Origin: Podarcis filfolensis
Lineage: Eukaryota
Reading direction: 5' to 3' (one strand)
Length of the DNA stretch: 64,000 nucleotides
Assembly: GCA_964270895.1 (NCBI GenBank)
Contig: OZ185440.1
Shown here: one piece after another, positions 24,814 to 37,146 of the stretch
How the letters are laid out: each line of letters starts with the position of its first letter
Numbering within the stretch: position 1 is the stretch's first letter
Notes under the pieces: generated by a model
Seen by the model: the letters and a program-made list of their open reading frames with translations, nothing else
Databases searched by the model: none
Told to the model about the DNA's origin: nothing
Program-made: the position numbers and the translations under genes

Positions 24814-26245
24814 GGTCCAAGGCTAATATTCCAGATGCTGCACCATATAGGCTTGCATTATTATAATAATGACCAGGCACATTACAGCTTGAAATCCCAT
24901 TCTCTCACCCCAAAACATAAGGAAATGGGAGCAGGGGAGCAATCTATCTGAACAGACTTGTTCAACACATGGAATAAATTGAGTGAGTCCTGTAGCTGTC
25001 TCCTCATCAAAAGTCCCCATCACCACATCTGACCTCTCCTGATGCCTTAAACAAGACCAGCCACGAACACACAGACGTGAGGCAGTTAGCTTAAACTTGG
25101 TGATCTGTTTTCTCTGCCCCTTTAATAGAGTGTGTCCAAACGAAGTCACAAGCTTGACATGTCACATGAGGAATAGGAACAATGTCCTCTTCTTACAAGT
25201 TAGAAGCCTCTAGAAACCTCCTGAATCGTCAGACAGCATGGTCTTTCTTTTTTAAAATTCTCACGTCGTTTGGTTGAGAAAAATAAATTAGTACTCATTC
25301 TTCACGGTTCACTTTCTGTAATTAGCTCACACTATTTTGCAGAACAACGCTGATCCAGCTCTATAACCACTACATTGATAAAGTTTCCCAAGACGGCTTC
25401 TATATACCAGTATATACTTAGATTTATACCGTATAGGTTTGATACTATGTTCCAACCAGCATGCTTGTTGATAACACACACACAAACCACTGCCAGTTTT
25501 GTGTGTTTTGTTTTTAGCATTTTCCCCTTGAAAGTGTTTCCAGAGCCAAGAAAAGCAGCCAGCTGCAATTATAATGGCTGCATAATGTTGACTGGATGGG
25601 AATGAAGCCAGAGTGTTTCATTCAGATATTGGAAACTGTAAAAATTAAGACAAGAGTAATATATGCAAACCACACCAAGGAAACAAGAGTTTTGCCAAGG
25701 ACTTGAAGAAATCCTCTGATAGAAAACCAGATCATCATAACATCACTCAAGTGGGGGCCAAAAATGTAAAGTATAAAACTCAAATTAAAAAACAAAAATC
25801 TTTATTGATCTGATCGTCATGATTCTATAACAGCTCCAACTGCAGTTGGCAATTTACTTAACACCATGCCAACAATGTGATCCTGCAGATGTTGCTGGAG
25901 TACAACTCCCATCATCCCTGGCTTTCAGGCATACTGGCTAAAGCTCATGGGAGTTATCTAGAAAGCCTGTCAGAATTACACACAAAAACACCCTAGCTGT
26001 ATGACACTATGCCACCATACTGTCCAAGCTATCGCTACACCATCATCAGTAAAGCCAAGCATAAATTCCATCAGACATAACCACCATCTGATGGTTCCTA
26101 GTAAGCTGTTTTGTTTTTCTATCCCATATCTTGGCAGCCACATAGTAGAGGACACAATTTGTAATAACCAAGGGGCCCTTTCCCCTAGCCACACATGAGA
26201 CACTTCTCTGGGGGTGGGTCCTGCACAGCTAGGAGTAACACTTAC

Positions 26246-26305
26246 CCTCTGTCAGAGTTGTTGAAAGCCCCAAAGTCTTGATCAATATCATAGGAAATTG
26301 ACCTC
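26246..26305 (-). other. Candidate 60-nt non-coding 5' UTR exon of USP49
   Basis: Donor GAGG|GTAAGT at 26246; pyrimidine tract plus tandem AAG/CAG acceptor at 26306-26311. Confidence 0.45.
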
Positions 26306-28805
26306 CTGCTTGTAAATAGCAATGAAAAAGATATTTCCATAAGTGGTGGGTTTCACTGCCCTTGGCCAAAGCTTAATATGGATTCACATGTGCTTAACTG
26401 TACTGCAGTCATTTTAAATATCTGCTCCAGTCTATGTACTTCTGATATATTTTCTGTTTTGAAAGCAGAACCTTGTGGCACCTTAGACTAACAAGCTTAC
26501 TGCAGCATATGTTTTTGTGGACTGCAGTCCACTTCATCAGACTCATGAAGTGCTATCGTAAGTTGGCAGGTATATATACACCTATATGCATAAAGTAAAA
26601 TGAAAAGAAAAGAAAGAAATTTAAACAGAGGGAAGTGAAATAGAAAATAATGTAGCCTATGATAATTTCACAATTGCTTAAATGTATATGAAAAATAAAT
26701 ACAGTGAGCATTTGTGCAATTGGTAAATTAACTCCTCTGATAGGATTAAAAAAAACTTATCTGAATTCAGATCACAGGGGATAGAAATGAACTTCTTTGT
26801 AAGTTGTAATTCAGAAGTTTCACAGTGGTATCTCCTCTGAAGCTCCTTTGTTCAAGAGGGACAGTTTTAAGGTCAACAAAGCGTATGCCCTCAGAAGTTG
26901 AAATGTACTCCTACTGGTTTCTGAATATTGTCCTTTCTGATGTCTTGCTTACAGGCAGTATCCTCATCCACCACAACTTAAAACAGCTAGTCACTAGGTA
27001 CAATAGGACATATAACAGAGACACAAACAAAGTGACCAGCTGATGCCAATGCTGCCCCCCTATCTACTTTGGCAGCACTATTACAGAACCTAATAATGTC
27101 AGCCACAACGTCATGGGCTCACTCACAGCTCATCTTACAGTGTGATATATGCTATCACCTTCCAGCAATGCCCTTTTGCATATACATAGGTCAAGCAGGC
27201 CCATCTCTACACAAATGAATAAATGTATACAAATCTGGCACCAGAAGAGGAAAAATTCAGCAGTATGAGAAGAACAAATAAACTTCACAAGGAAACTCCA
27301 GCATAAATCTGCTGAATTGCAATTTATTAAAAAGTTTAACTTCCTTCATTTGGGGCTGAACAGACATAATGGTTTCTTGTCCTACTACAGGAGTTAATTT
27401 AATAGTGGATGCAAAGATAATTCTATTATTGCCAGTCACCACTGTTGTTAAGGGTCACTGTGCTCATTTTGCATGCATCTAATCTCTAATTGTACTGTCA
27501 CTTAGCAATGCTAATTGTGCCTTTACTGCTGTGGTTGAAGAATCATTTTGCACTCATTTAGGCTCTACTAGAATTGTTGGCTGTAGTCCGTGAAATACTA
27601 TGCCATAATCAACTTTAAGGTGTCACAAGACTCTTTGCTGTTTTTCTTGCAAAAGACCAAGATGGTTGCTCTTCTGGAAATTATTTTTGCATGTGTATTT
27701 ATTTCCGTAAGATTATATATAGTACCAAATCTATCTTACATAGTTTTATCAATATGAATTAATTTTTTGTAATGGCTTAAAGCCAGAACCTTTAAAAATA
27801 ATAATTAAGTAACCCAACCACGTGGGAAGGGGCACATCATATGGGTGCCAATCAGAATCAGCATCCTGCCAGAGAAGCAGTGTGCCAGTTCTGTAGGATC
27901 CATGTGGTCTGATTAGAGAGAAGTGGCTCCCATGTAGCTATGTTAACATAGCATGACAGAAAGGATAGCAAGGCAGAACAAAATGGACTCCCTTATCTTC
28001 CACGTTGTAGTACTGCCATACCAAGGATACTATATCATTAACATATTTATGTCTCACTCTTCCTTCAATTGCTCAGGGAGATAATCCTATGTTAGCCTCA
28101 TAAATAATCCTACGTGATAGATTTCTCCAAGAAAGATGCTGACCCAAACTCACCAACTGAGATTTACAGATTCAAATACAGGTTGAAGTCCAACATCCTA
28201 CATTTGCTTTCTGTGTCAACACCCAAATGTTTTAATTATTTAGGATACCATGTTTATTTTACCTGGCTGGATTATCTGTGTACAGACTTACGCAAGATAA
28301 CCTACCATTGAATTCCAAAGAAAAATTGTTGAATGGGCAGCATACAAATGCCGAAGATAAATAAAATAAACCCAAAGAAGATGAATTTGGGAATACTTAA
28401 CATTAGTGTATTAAACTTGTAATAAGTTCCCTAATGTCTTGTCTACATTTCCCCCCCCCCCCCCTGAACAGATATGCCTTCAGTGTGCATTTAGCAGATG
28501 GCTTTTCAAATGCAGAGATTAAATCAGTAGTTTTAATGTTCCACTTTTACAGGCAAGTGCAATATATACATATACATACAGTGTGTGTGTATTCCTAAAT
28601 GTCCTTGCTTTTTATTATTGTTCCTTTAGAGTTACATTCTGAATAGCTTTATTGTTCTTAAAAATAGTTAATTTTATTTGTGTTGATACCTTTAAGCCCA
28701 TGTCAGTACTCCTCAGCAGGGGACTGGGATGCTCACCACATTTTAAAGAGTTCAGTGCAAATGTGAATTTACTAAGGATTGGGCATCTTCAGAAAAATGG
28801 ACAGA

Positions 28806-28844
28806 AAAACCTTTAAACCTATAAAACCTTTAAACCTATAAAAC
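28806..28844. repeat. 17-bp tandem duplication aaaacctttaaacctat
   Basis: 2.3 perfect copies. Confidence 0.9.
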
Positions 28845-29285
28845 ATTTATGTTATTTAGAAAATGTGTAACATTGTCTATTAAGAGTGGTGGGTTTTTTT
28901 TTTTGCATTTTACAAACAGTATTTTAGAAGAGCTCTTCATATTTCAGCATTATGCAAAACAGAGAGCATAAACTTCTTTATGGAACCAGTTTCCCCAACA
29001 TTTTCAATTTCAAAGAATTCGGCTACATTTCAAAGGAAAATACTCAGAATAATACTACAAAATAATAAATGAGAGAGGATCAATATATCCACAAACATCT
29101 ATGGATCTCACTTTTCTATGCTGCTTACACTGTCAGTTCACAGCACAGGCTGCAAACCTAGGAACACATGCTTTGGACTGAAATTCCACTGAAAGTAAAA
29201 AGGACTTACTATGCACATAAGTGTATTTAGAATACAATGCTGGCAAACACTCTAGGCTACTATAAAGAAGCTAAACACTCCTCAG

Positions 29286-29423
29286 CAGTGCTATTTTTCT
29301 AGAAAAAGAGGTGCCAGAACTCACCATGAACACCTCTCTTGTTCTCTTATAATGGCAATGGTGCCCACCTGAAATGTGCTGGAACTGAGTTGTGGGGAAT
29401 TCAGGCCGGAAAAAAAGCCATTT
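29286..29423. mobile_element. Probable hAT-type MITE
   Basis: Ends cagtgctatttttc / ggaaaaaaagcc resemble degenerate TIRs. Confidence 0.5.
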
Positions 29424-30350
29424 TCCTCAGTCATTTCTGTGGAAATCTAGCAATTTGACCTGTCAATAAAATTAACAGCATATTGCTGATTGGAAACAAT
29501 ATTGCAAATTATTTGCACACATATTTTAAACTGCTCCACTAACATAACTCTTCTCATGATTAAAATAATATGTTACGTTGTGTGTATATATGTGTGAGGG
29601 AAAGAGGAGTTGAAGGGAGCGTGGAATGATAGTTGTGGTGGCGGAAGACATTTTGCCAAGAAGAAGAAGAAGGTAGGGTGGATTAATTGGCTGGGAATGG
29701 GTTTAGGAGATTACTAGCTCTAACCCCATTCATCTTCAACTTCAGTTTGCTGTGAATTTGTTTTCACTTCTCCTCAAATAAGCATTCTGTTGTTAACCCT
29801 GGGTAATTGTCAGTGAGCCGCCCTCCCGATACCAGCATTCTGCAGCTTATCTAAAATGGGCTGGGAGCGACAGAGTGGTGGTGAGGTCAGGGCTGTGCAG
29901 GCCTTGCTAGTGCACCCATGCAGTCCCAAGCTCACCAGCACTGTGCCCTGGCCTGTCCAGGTGAATTGCAGCAATGCCAATGTCAGAAGGTGGCTCTGCT
30001 GCTCTACACCACCACTCAAGCTGCTACTGTCTACCTGATAATGTGTTAATAGCACAGTGCAGGTGAGCCGAAGCAAGCTTCTCTGAACTCAATTATCATC
30101 ATCACCATCATATTATTATTTCTGTTTATATCCTGTCCTTCCTCCTGAAAGAGCTCAATAATAAAAAGAAAGTTTAAAAAGTTTTTGAAAAAAATTATGA
30201 AAAGGTTTAAAAACACATGATCTCAGGGTTGCCAGAAACAGCGTATTTCAGCCATTCAGTGCCTAGGTAAACAGGAATGGGGATGCAGGTCTTGGTGGCT
30301 GCTCCCAGACTTAGGATCTCCCTTCCTAGAGAAGTTAGACTGGCTCCATC

Positions 30351-30618
30351 CACTGGTGGAGGAACGGGGGAGTGCACTGCCCCTGGCACCATCGGGGGGG
30401 GGGAGTACCATCACGGACCCTCTGGACGTGTGTCGTGCACCCCCACTGCACCAGGCACCACACCACCGCGGGCGGCGACCCCGCCCCCAGGACACACACC
30501 AACCCCCGAGGGCAGCGTGCCACGCCCCCAGGATGTGTGCCACACCCCCAGGACGCGCGCCAGCCACGCCCCTGCCTGCTCTCTGTCCCCGGTGCTGCAG
30601 CATGCAGCTTCGCCAGTG
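30351..30618. mobile_element. GC-rich hAT-type MITE
   Basis: TIR cactggtggag / cttcgccagtg; 8-bp TSD gctccatc/actccatc. Explains the overlapping spurious ORFs at 30.2-30.8 kb. Confidence 0.8.
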
Positions 30619-31327
30619 ACTCCATCCCTACTGTCTGTCCTCTACTGGTAAGTGAATACCTATCTGTTCCAATAGGCCATTTAGAACTGACTGTTTTTGA
30701 GGAAAGGGCTGGTACTGTGATGTTTTTAATATCTGCATTTTTAATGGATCTTTTTATACTATCTTAATCCTATTAAGTGTTTAATTACATTTCAATTATT
30801 GTCTTTTCTGGGTTTTTAGCTTTTTCTATTTCATCTGTGTAAGCCACCCTGAGTCTCGGACTGAGAAAAAGTTGAGATATAAATAAATATTATAAGAACC
30901 ATGTTTTTAAATTTATCATGAAAGTCAATATGAAGGAGACAGGTGCACCTCACTATGGAGGGAATTCAAAAAATGGGGAACCATCACTGAAAAGGCCCTG
31001 CCACAGGCCACTGCCAACCGAGCAGCTCCTAGTGGCGGCACCAATAACAAGTCCTCACTGGACACTCGAAATGAGTAAGTGTTTGACTGGTTGGCAAAGC
31101 TTTTGTAAAAAGGAATGTTACAGTTAAGTTATTACATTAAGAAATAGGAATAAATCATTTCTCAATGAAAGCCTTTTTTATCTTTTTAAGAAATATATTC
31201 ATTGATAAAATATGAAACACACACACAAGAATTACATCAATATTTACTACAATAATTTCTAAGTTGAAATGTTGATCTGACGCTTGAAGTCTTGTGAACA
31301 GTTGACTCTGAATTTGAAGCTCTTATT

Positions 31328-31500
31328 GTTGCTTAGTCGTGTCCGACTCTTCGTGACCCCATGGACCAGAGCACGCCAGGCACTCCTGTCTTCCACTGCC
31401 TCCCACAGTTTGGTCAAACGCATGCTGGTAGTTTGACCAAACTGCAGGAGACAGTGGAAGACAGGAGTGCCTGGTGTGCTCTGGTCCATGGGGTCACGAA
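31328..31500. mobile_element. Bov-B (RTE) 3'-end insertion with inverted duplication
   Basis: Bov-B-type tail gcttagtcgtgtccgactcttcgtgaccccatggac; 71-bp inverted arms; 12-bp TSD gaagctcttatt (31316-31327, 31501-31512). Confidence 0.85.
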
Positions 31501-32633
31501 GAAGCTCTTATTAGTAATAATAAAAAGAAGAGAAACAACAGCCTGTCTACCTTGCACAAGGTCTGCTTTGCACAGCAGATGCGACTAGCTCCCTGCACTT
31601 CTCTAAACATCAAAATGAAAGAACCGGTTGTCAAAAGGTAGCAGGTGGACTGTAAAGCTGTGTTTGATTTCTAGCCTGGAGTTGGGTCATCACTGTTATA
31701 ACACAGTTAGCAATTTCTCTAGTCTGTTAAAAACATTGCTGCTTATCTAGTATGGCAGTAACCTTCTGTAATGATTTTTTAGACATTCTAAGGGACAAAT
31801 ATAACCTCAGTAAACAGAGGCATACATTTCTGGGCAAATCAACAAATAAAAAAATCATATTCCCCGCTCCCCCAAAAATACCCTGGTAGAAACAGCCAAC
31901 TTTGTTTTAAAGTGGGATTCAGAGGTAGTATCATTGATGCTGTTTAACAGATGGAGGAAAATAGGGGTTACTGACAATTCATTTAAGAGTGGGCAACACA
32001 TAGACTAGTAGAACTGATAAGACAAAGATGGCACATATCAGCTTTTAATGCAGTTAAAAGTGTTTGTTTGACTACAGTGTAAAAATGTTTAGCAGTGCCA
32101 GTCCTATTGGTGAAAAAGTGGCCTGAATTTATATTCATTATCTATTGCTTTTAATACCAATAGCCATGAGGATTAGATAAGGATTCAAACATAGAAGAAA
32201 ACATTCAATTTTCTTGCATTACTTATAAATTAAGTTTTTTAAAATGTTATGATATCACTGACTGATACAACACGGGTGTCAATGAGTAAACTGATCTCAA
32301 ATAAATTATTCTTCCACTGTGCTTTCCTGAACTGAACATTTTCTGCTGTGATCCATTTAGGAAAAACTAATCAAGATTGCATAAAATTTTGCATTACTAG
32401 GAGAGCTGAGCCATTCTGGAAGAACATGCCACACATTCTCAAAAACATACCTACTACTCCCTCAAGGATCAAACTCAGGGAAAACTGGCTCTGCCAGGTT
32501 GTAGTACAAGCTAGACTGCAAAGTGTTGATTGGCTGGCACATATGACATCACAATCCCCCCTCCCCAGGGCAATTTTGCAATTTAAGACAACCACATAGG
32601 AAGTTCAGTCAATGAAATGTACATGCAGTCCAA

Positions 32634-32679
32634 CAGTCCATTTCTTCTAAAGCATGCAGTCCATTTCTTCTAAAGCATG
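32634..32679. repeat. 23-bp tandem duplication cagtccatttcttctaaagcatg
   Basis: Two perfect copies. Confidence 0.9.
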
Positions 32680-33067
32680 GAGAAATGGGCAACACCGATT
32701 ACTCAGTTAGCATTAGAATTGCTGGTAAGTATACCTGTCAATTAGATTGACACAGAGAAAGAGCACACTATGCAGGAGGAAAAACAATGTGGTGTCTGCT
32801 GTGCACACTGCACACAGCAAAAATGCCTTTCAGACTCTCACAGGCATGGATGGATTAGAATGGCCTGCAAGGCGGGCCCAGATTATGTACTTAAAAAAAA
32901 AAAGGAAGCCAGTCTCTAGTCCTCAGAGATGGGAAATTATGAGGCAAAATCTGCAAGTACCTTCTAAGTGATTTCTTTGAGATAAGTCAGTCTAGCTACT
33001 ACCACCCCTCAGTGTTTTTAACTAATGAGTGAAGTCAGAACTTGATTGATGAGTGCATTGTTTAGAT

Positions 33068-33315
33068 CAAGGGTCAGCAAACTTTTTCAGCAGGGGGGCC
33101 AGTCCACTGTCCCCCAGACCTTGTGGGGGCCAGACTATAAGTTGAAGAAGAAGAAAAAATGAACGAATTCCTATGCCCCACAAATAACCCAGAGATGCAT
33201 TTTAAATAAAAGCACACATTCTACTCATGTAAAAACACGCTGATTCCCAGACTGATTCCCAGATTGAGAAGGCGATTGGGCCAGATCCAGTCCCCGGGCC
33301 TTACACCTACCCATG
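33068..33315 (+). mobile_element. Non-autonomous hAT element
   Basis: 8-bp TSD gtttagat/gtttaaat (7/8); near-identical to 40983-41224. Confidence 0.88.
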
Positions 33316-33892
33316 GTTTAAATGCAAGGCCTTAGAAATTCCTGGAAGCCTAGAGAGCTACTATTTACCTCTCCCCTTTAGTGCACTTTTCCTGCGTACT
33401 ATAGTTTTCTAATCCTTGGTCTCAGTGTATTAGTTCTAAAGACTGACTATAGATTTCCCCCTTTGCCCTTCCTTCCTTTCTGGCCACCAGGATACAGTGT
33501 TCCTATGCTTGATTCATCTGAGAACTGATGCTCCCTTGCCTAGATGTTACTTTTTATGAATGCCACCGCACGATAAATGTGAGTGGATGTTAAACACACA
33601 ACCAGACCCCCTCCATGGTAAATGAAAATGTGTAAACTTTGCAAAGAGACTTAGGCATGCCCTCTGAATAGTTAACTTACTATGGTATGTTTATACACTC
33701 AGAAGTAAGTTTCTTTGTGTGTAATGGGACACACACACTTAGGCTTTTTTGTTAGGAAGAAGCAGAAGGGTTCGTGGTGAGGGGGATAAGTTTCAATGAA
33801 AAATAAACAGAACTTAAATACTGTATAGGCAGTCCACTACGCTTAAATTACAGTCAACTTGAAACTTGCACACATTTAAATTACGTGACTGT

Positions 33893-34095
33893 ATTTATTT
33901 TATTGCATTTATATCCCACCTTTTTCTCTATGGACCTCAAGGTAGTCTACATGGTTCTCCCCATCCTCTTGTAATCCCCACAACAACCCATTGGGGTAAG
34001 GTAGACTGAGAAACGGTGACCTAGTGAGCTTCATGGCTGAGTGGGGATTTGAACCCTGGTCTCCCAGGTCCTAGTCCATCACTCCAAACACTACA
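33893..34095 (-). mobile_element. tRNA/CORE SINE with L2-derived tail (same family as 19985)
   Basis: gagcttcatggctgagtggggatttgaaccc and tttatatcccacc tail are reverse-complement homologous to 19985-20185. Confidence 0.75.
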
Positions 34096-34096
34096 C

Positions 34097-34770
34097 TAGT
34101 GGTGGTGGCGAACCTATGGCACATGTGCTAGAGGGGGCACTCAGAGCCCTCTCTGTGGGTACATGTGCCGTCGCCCCAGCACAGAGTTCGTTACTAGAAA
34201 GCCAGGAATCGAGGCTCGCCGTCGTGACGCAAACACAGGGATAGATTTGTATTGGGTGCTTTATTATTTTGCTCAGAATTGTAATCTTTGTTATGATTTT
34301 CTCATGCAGCATGCTTTATATTCCTATGTTCAAAATTTTTGTAGCCTCCAAGTCAGGAACACCTAAAAAGGAATACAGCAAAAAAAAAAGAAAGAAAGAA
34401 AGCAAGAAGAGAGAGTGGAAGATCATTGAATGCAATGGGAAAGCGTTCTGTCTTCTGTGCAATGAAAGTGTTGTGTGTCACACATCAAGTGTCAGATGGC
34501 ACTTTGACACCAACCACAAAAGCATTGCCCAGCTTGGTTAAACTGAAACAAAAGAGTTTCTCGAAGGGAAACAGAGAAAATACCTTTCCCAGTATCTTAA
34601 GTTTTTGCAACTCTCTTTCTAGAACAGATCATCTGACAGCTGCCAGTTTTCAAATTTCACTGTGCATAGCCAAACATGGTAAGCCCCTCTCTGATGGGGA
34701 TATTATCAAAGCGGCTATGTTGTCTGGGAGTAATTCCCTTTTTCATGATTTCCCAAATAAGGATAAAATT
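34097..34770 (+). pseudogene. Decayed hAT (Charlie group, OposCharlie1-like) transposon left end with transposase remnant
   Basis: TIR-like gtggtggcgaacctatggcac; BED finger CLLC...HFDTNH, then after a stop and frameshift LTAASFQISLCIAKHGKPLSDGDIIK...LFHDFPNKDKI, typical of Charlie/SPIN-type transposases. Confidence 0.8.
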
Positions 34771-35014
34771 ACTGAACAGAAAACCACAAGATGTAGGGGA
34801 AATGGCAGAAAGGATGTTTTGTGATAGCAAAACCTTGCAGAGAAAACAGCAGGTTTTTGAAAGAGACCTTGGACAGCTGAAATATTTTCCAAATTGAAAA
34901 AATGCATTTAGAAAATTCCACAACATTTGCAGACAATCTTACAAGCCATCGGGAAACCTGCAAGGCATATCCTAGCGTTGTACCAGTTGTTTTTTCTAAA
35001 CTGAAACCTCAGTA

Positions 35015-35256
35015 CAGTGGTACCTCGGGTTACATACGCTTCAGTATACATACGCTTCACGTTACAGACTCCGCTAACCCAGAAATAGTACCTCGGGTTA
35101 AGAACTTTGCTTCAGGATGAGAAAAGAAATCGGGCGGCGGTGGCGCAGCGGCAGCAGGAAGCCCCATTAGCTAAAGTGGTGCTTCAGGTTAAGAACAGTT
35201 TCAGCTTAAGAACGGACCTCCGGAATGAATTAAGTACTTAACCTGAGGTACCACTG
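35015..35256. mobile_element. Tc1/mariner-type MITE
   Basis: Perfect TIR cagtggtacctc / gaggtaccactg, TA TSD. Confidence 0.92.
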
Positions 35257-35569
35257 TATTCCAGTTAAATTGCTGCATTGGCACTTGGTGATCAAGAAGC
35301 GGTTTTGGGTTGCTGTTTGGACACTCGGTCTCTCAAATGTTCACCATCACTGCACTACACTATGCTGGCTTTACATGCTTGGCCGCCGACCTGTACGGAA
35401 TCACACAAGGCAGAGAGTTTAAAAGCTCATCTGGTGTGGAAAGTGCTTTTAAGCTCTCTGCGTTGCTTACTGGGCTCTGGAGGCCTTTGTGAGATCTCAT
35501 GGCGCCATCCGAGATCTCGTGATGCCTCTAGAGTCCATGCGAGATCTTCCCAGAGCTGAATAAGACAAC

Positions 35570-37146
35570 AGGAGTGTGACTTTGTTTTATCTCTTTCATC
35601 TCTCTGTGCTTTTGATACCACTGACCATGGTGTCCTCCTGAACCATCTATATGGGATAGGTATTGGGGGCACTGTATTACAGTGATTCCACTTCTATTTC
35701 CAGGTTCAGTTCTCGAGGACAGCACTGTTTTGCAGGGTATGATTTTATCTGCAGTGCTATTTAACATCTATATGAAGCTGTTGGGAGAGATTAAGGGATT
35801 TGGAGCACATTGTCAACAATACGCCAATGAAACTCTATTTCTCCATAGCCTCTTAATTAGGTGAGGCTGTGCAGGAACTGGCCCAGTATGCAGTTGTGGA
35901 CTGGACGAGGGCCAATAAACTGAGCTTGAATCCTAGTAAGATAGAAGCTCTGTGGATGAGTAGTTCCCAAGTCTGGGAAACAGATCAGTTACCGTAGTTG
36001 CCTGTTGCCAGTTCTGGATGGGGCTGCACTTCCTTTGAGGGGAAGATACATAGCTTGCAGGTGCTCCTTGATCCATGCTTCTCACTGGGGGCCCAAGTGG
36101 CTAGAACAGCTTTCTGCTAGCTTCAGTTGGTGAAACATTGGGATAGTTTAGCTATGGTAATCTAGGCATGGGTAACATTAAGGGTTGTTCAGAAAATGCA
36201 TCTAATGTAGAATGCTGCAAGAAGGCAGTTGAAGGATGTGCCCTATAACACCACATAAAACCTGTGTTGAAAGAGCTGTACTGACTTCCAATATGCTACT
36301 GGGGCAAGTTTGTCACTGGCAAATAAAGTCCTGAACTTGGGACCAGTTACCTCCAGGAACGCCTGTCCTCATTATACCCCTGCCTAGACGCTTCAATCCT
36401 CAAGAGAGAAGCTTTTAGTAGTGCTTTATGCTCCAGAAATTTGTCTTATGTCTGCTAAGACCAGAATCTTTCATGTGGCAGAAGCTTCCCTTTGAAATGT
36501 GCTTCCCATGAACATCAGGCACACACCCATAGTACTGGCATTTAGGTAAAGGTAAAGGGACCCCTGACCATTAGGTCCAGTCGTGACTGACTCTGGGGTT
36601 GTGGCACTCATCTCACTTTATTGGCCGAGGGAGCCGGCATACAGCTTCTGGGTCATGTGGCCAGCATGACTAAGCCGCTTCTGGCGAACCAGAGCAGCGC
36701 ACGGAAATGCCGTTTACCTTCCCGCCGGAGCGGTACCTATTTATCTACTTGCACTTTGAGGTGCTTTCGAACTGCTAGGGTGGCAGGAGCAGGGACCGAG
36801 CAATGGGAGCTCACCCCGTCATGGGGATTCGAACCGCCGACCTTCTGATCGGCAAGTCCTAGGCTCTGTGGTTTAACCCACAGCACCACCCGCGTCCCTG
36901 GTGCATTTACGTCCCCTGGCTTTTAGGTGCCTGCTTAAAACTCAACTGTTCACCCAGTCTTTCTCTGAGGGGGTGATCCAGCTACAGTGATGTATTAATC
37001 TGATCTAATTATTTGTGATATATTTTGTACATGTTTTATGAATGTAATTTTATTACTGATTTCATGCTATTCAGCACTATATTTTTCCTTAATGTTGGTG
37101 GTACGCCAGTTATTTAAATAAACAAACAAACAAATAAATAAATAAA
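35570..37146 (+). mobile_element. Decayed L2 LINE (RT region and 3' end), interrupted by a SINE
   Basis: Remnants of AFDT.DH, QG..LS..LFNIYM..LG and QYA(D/N)ET motifs; (AAAT/AAAC)n tail at ~37115-37146. Confidence 0.75.
36545..36898 (-). mobile_element. Sauria-type SINE, full length, nested in an L2 remnant
   Basis: tRNA-derived head with B-box-like ggattcgaacc, (ACCTTT)n tail read as ggtaaaggtaaa on plus; near-identical to the 57039 copy. Confidence 0.9.

Noticed and set aside
29580-29720. Purine-rich stretch with ETS-like ggcggaag and plus-strand donor AAG|GTAGGG
   Set aside because: Isolated motifs without CpG enrichment or downstream exon support.
30207-30767. Cluster of overlapping 60-131 aa ORFs
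   Set aside because: Explained by stop-codon scarcity in a GC-rich MITE.
36820-36898. tRNA-like A/B-box sequence (also 57270-57347 and ~34040-34095)
   Set aside because: These are tRNA-derived SINE heads, not cloverleaf tRNA genes.
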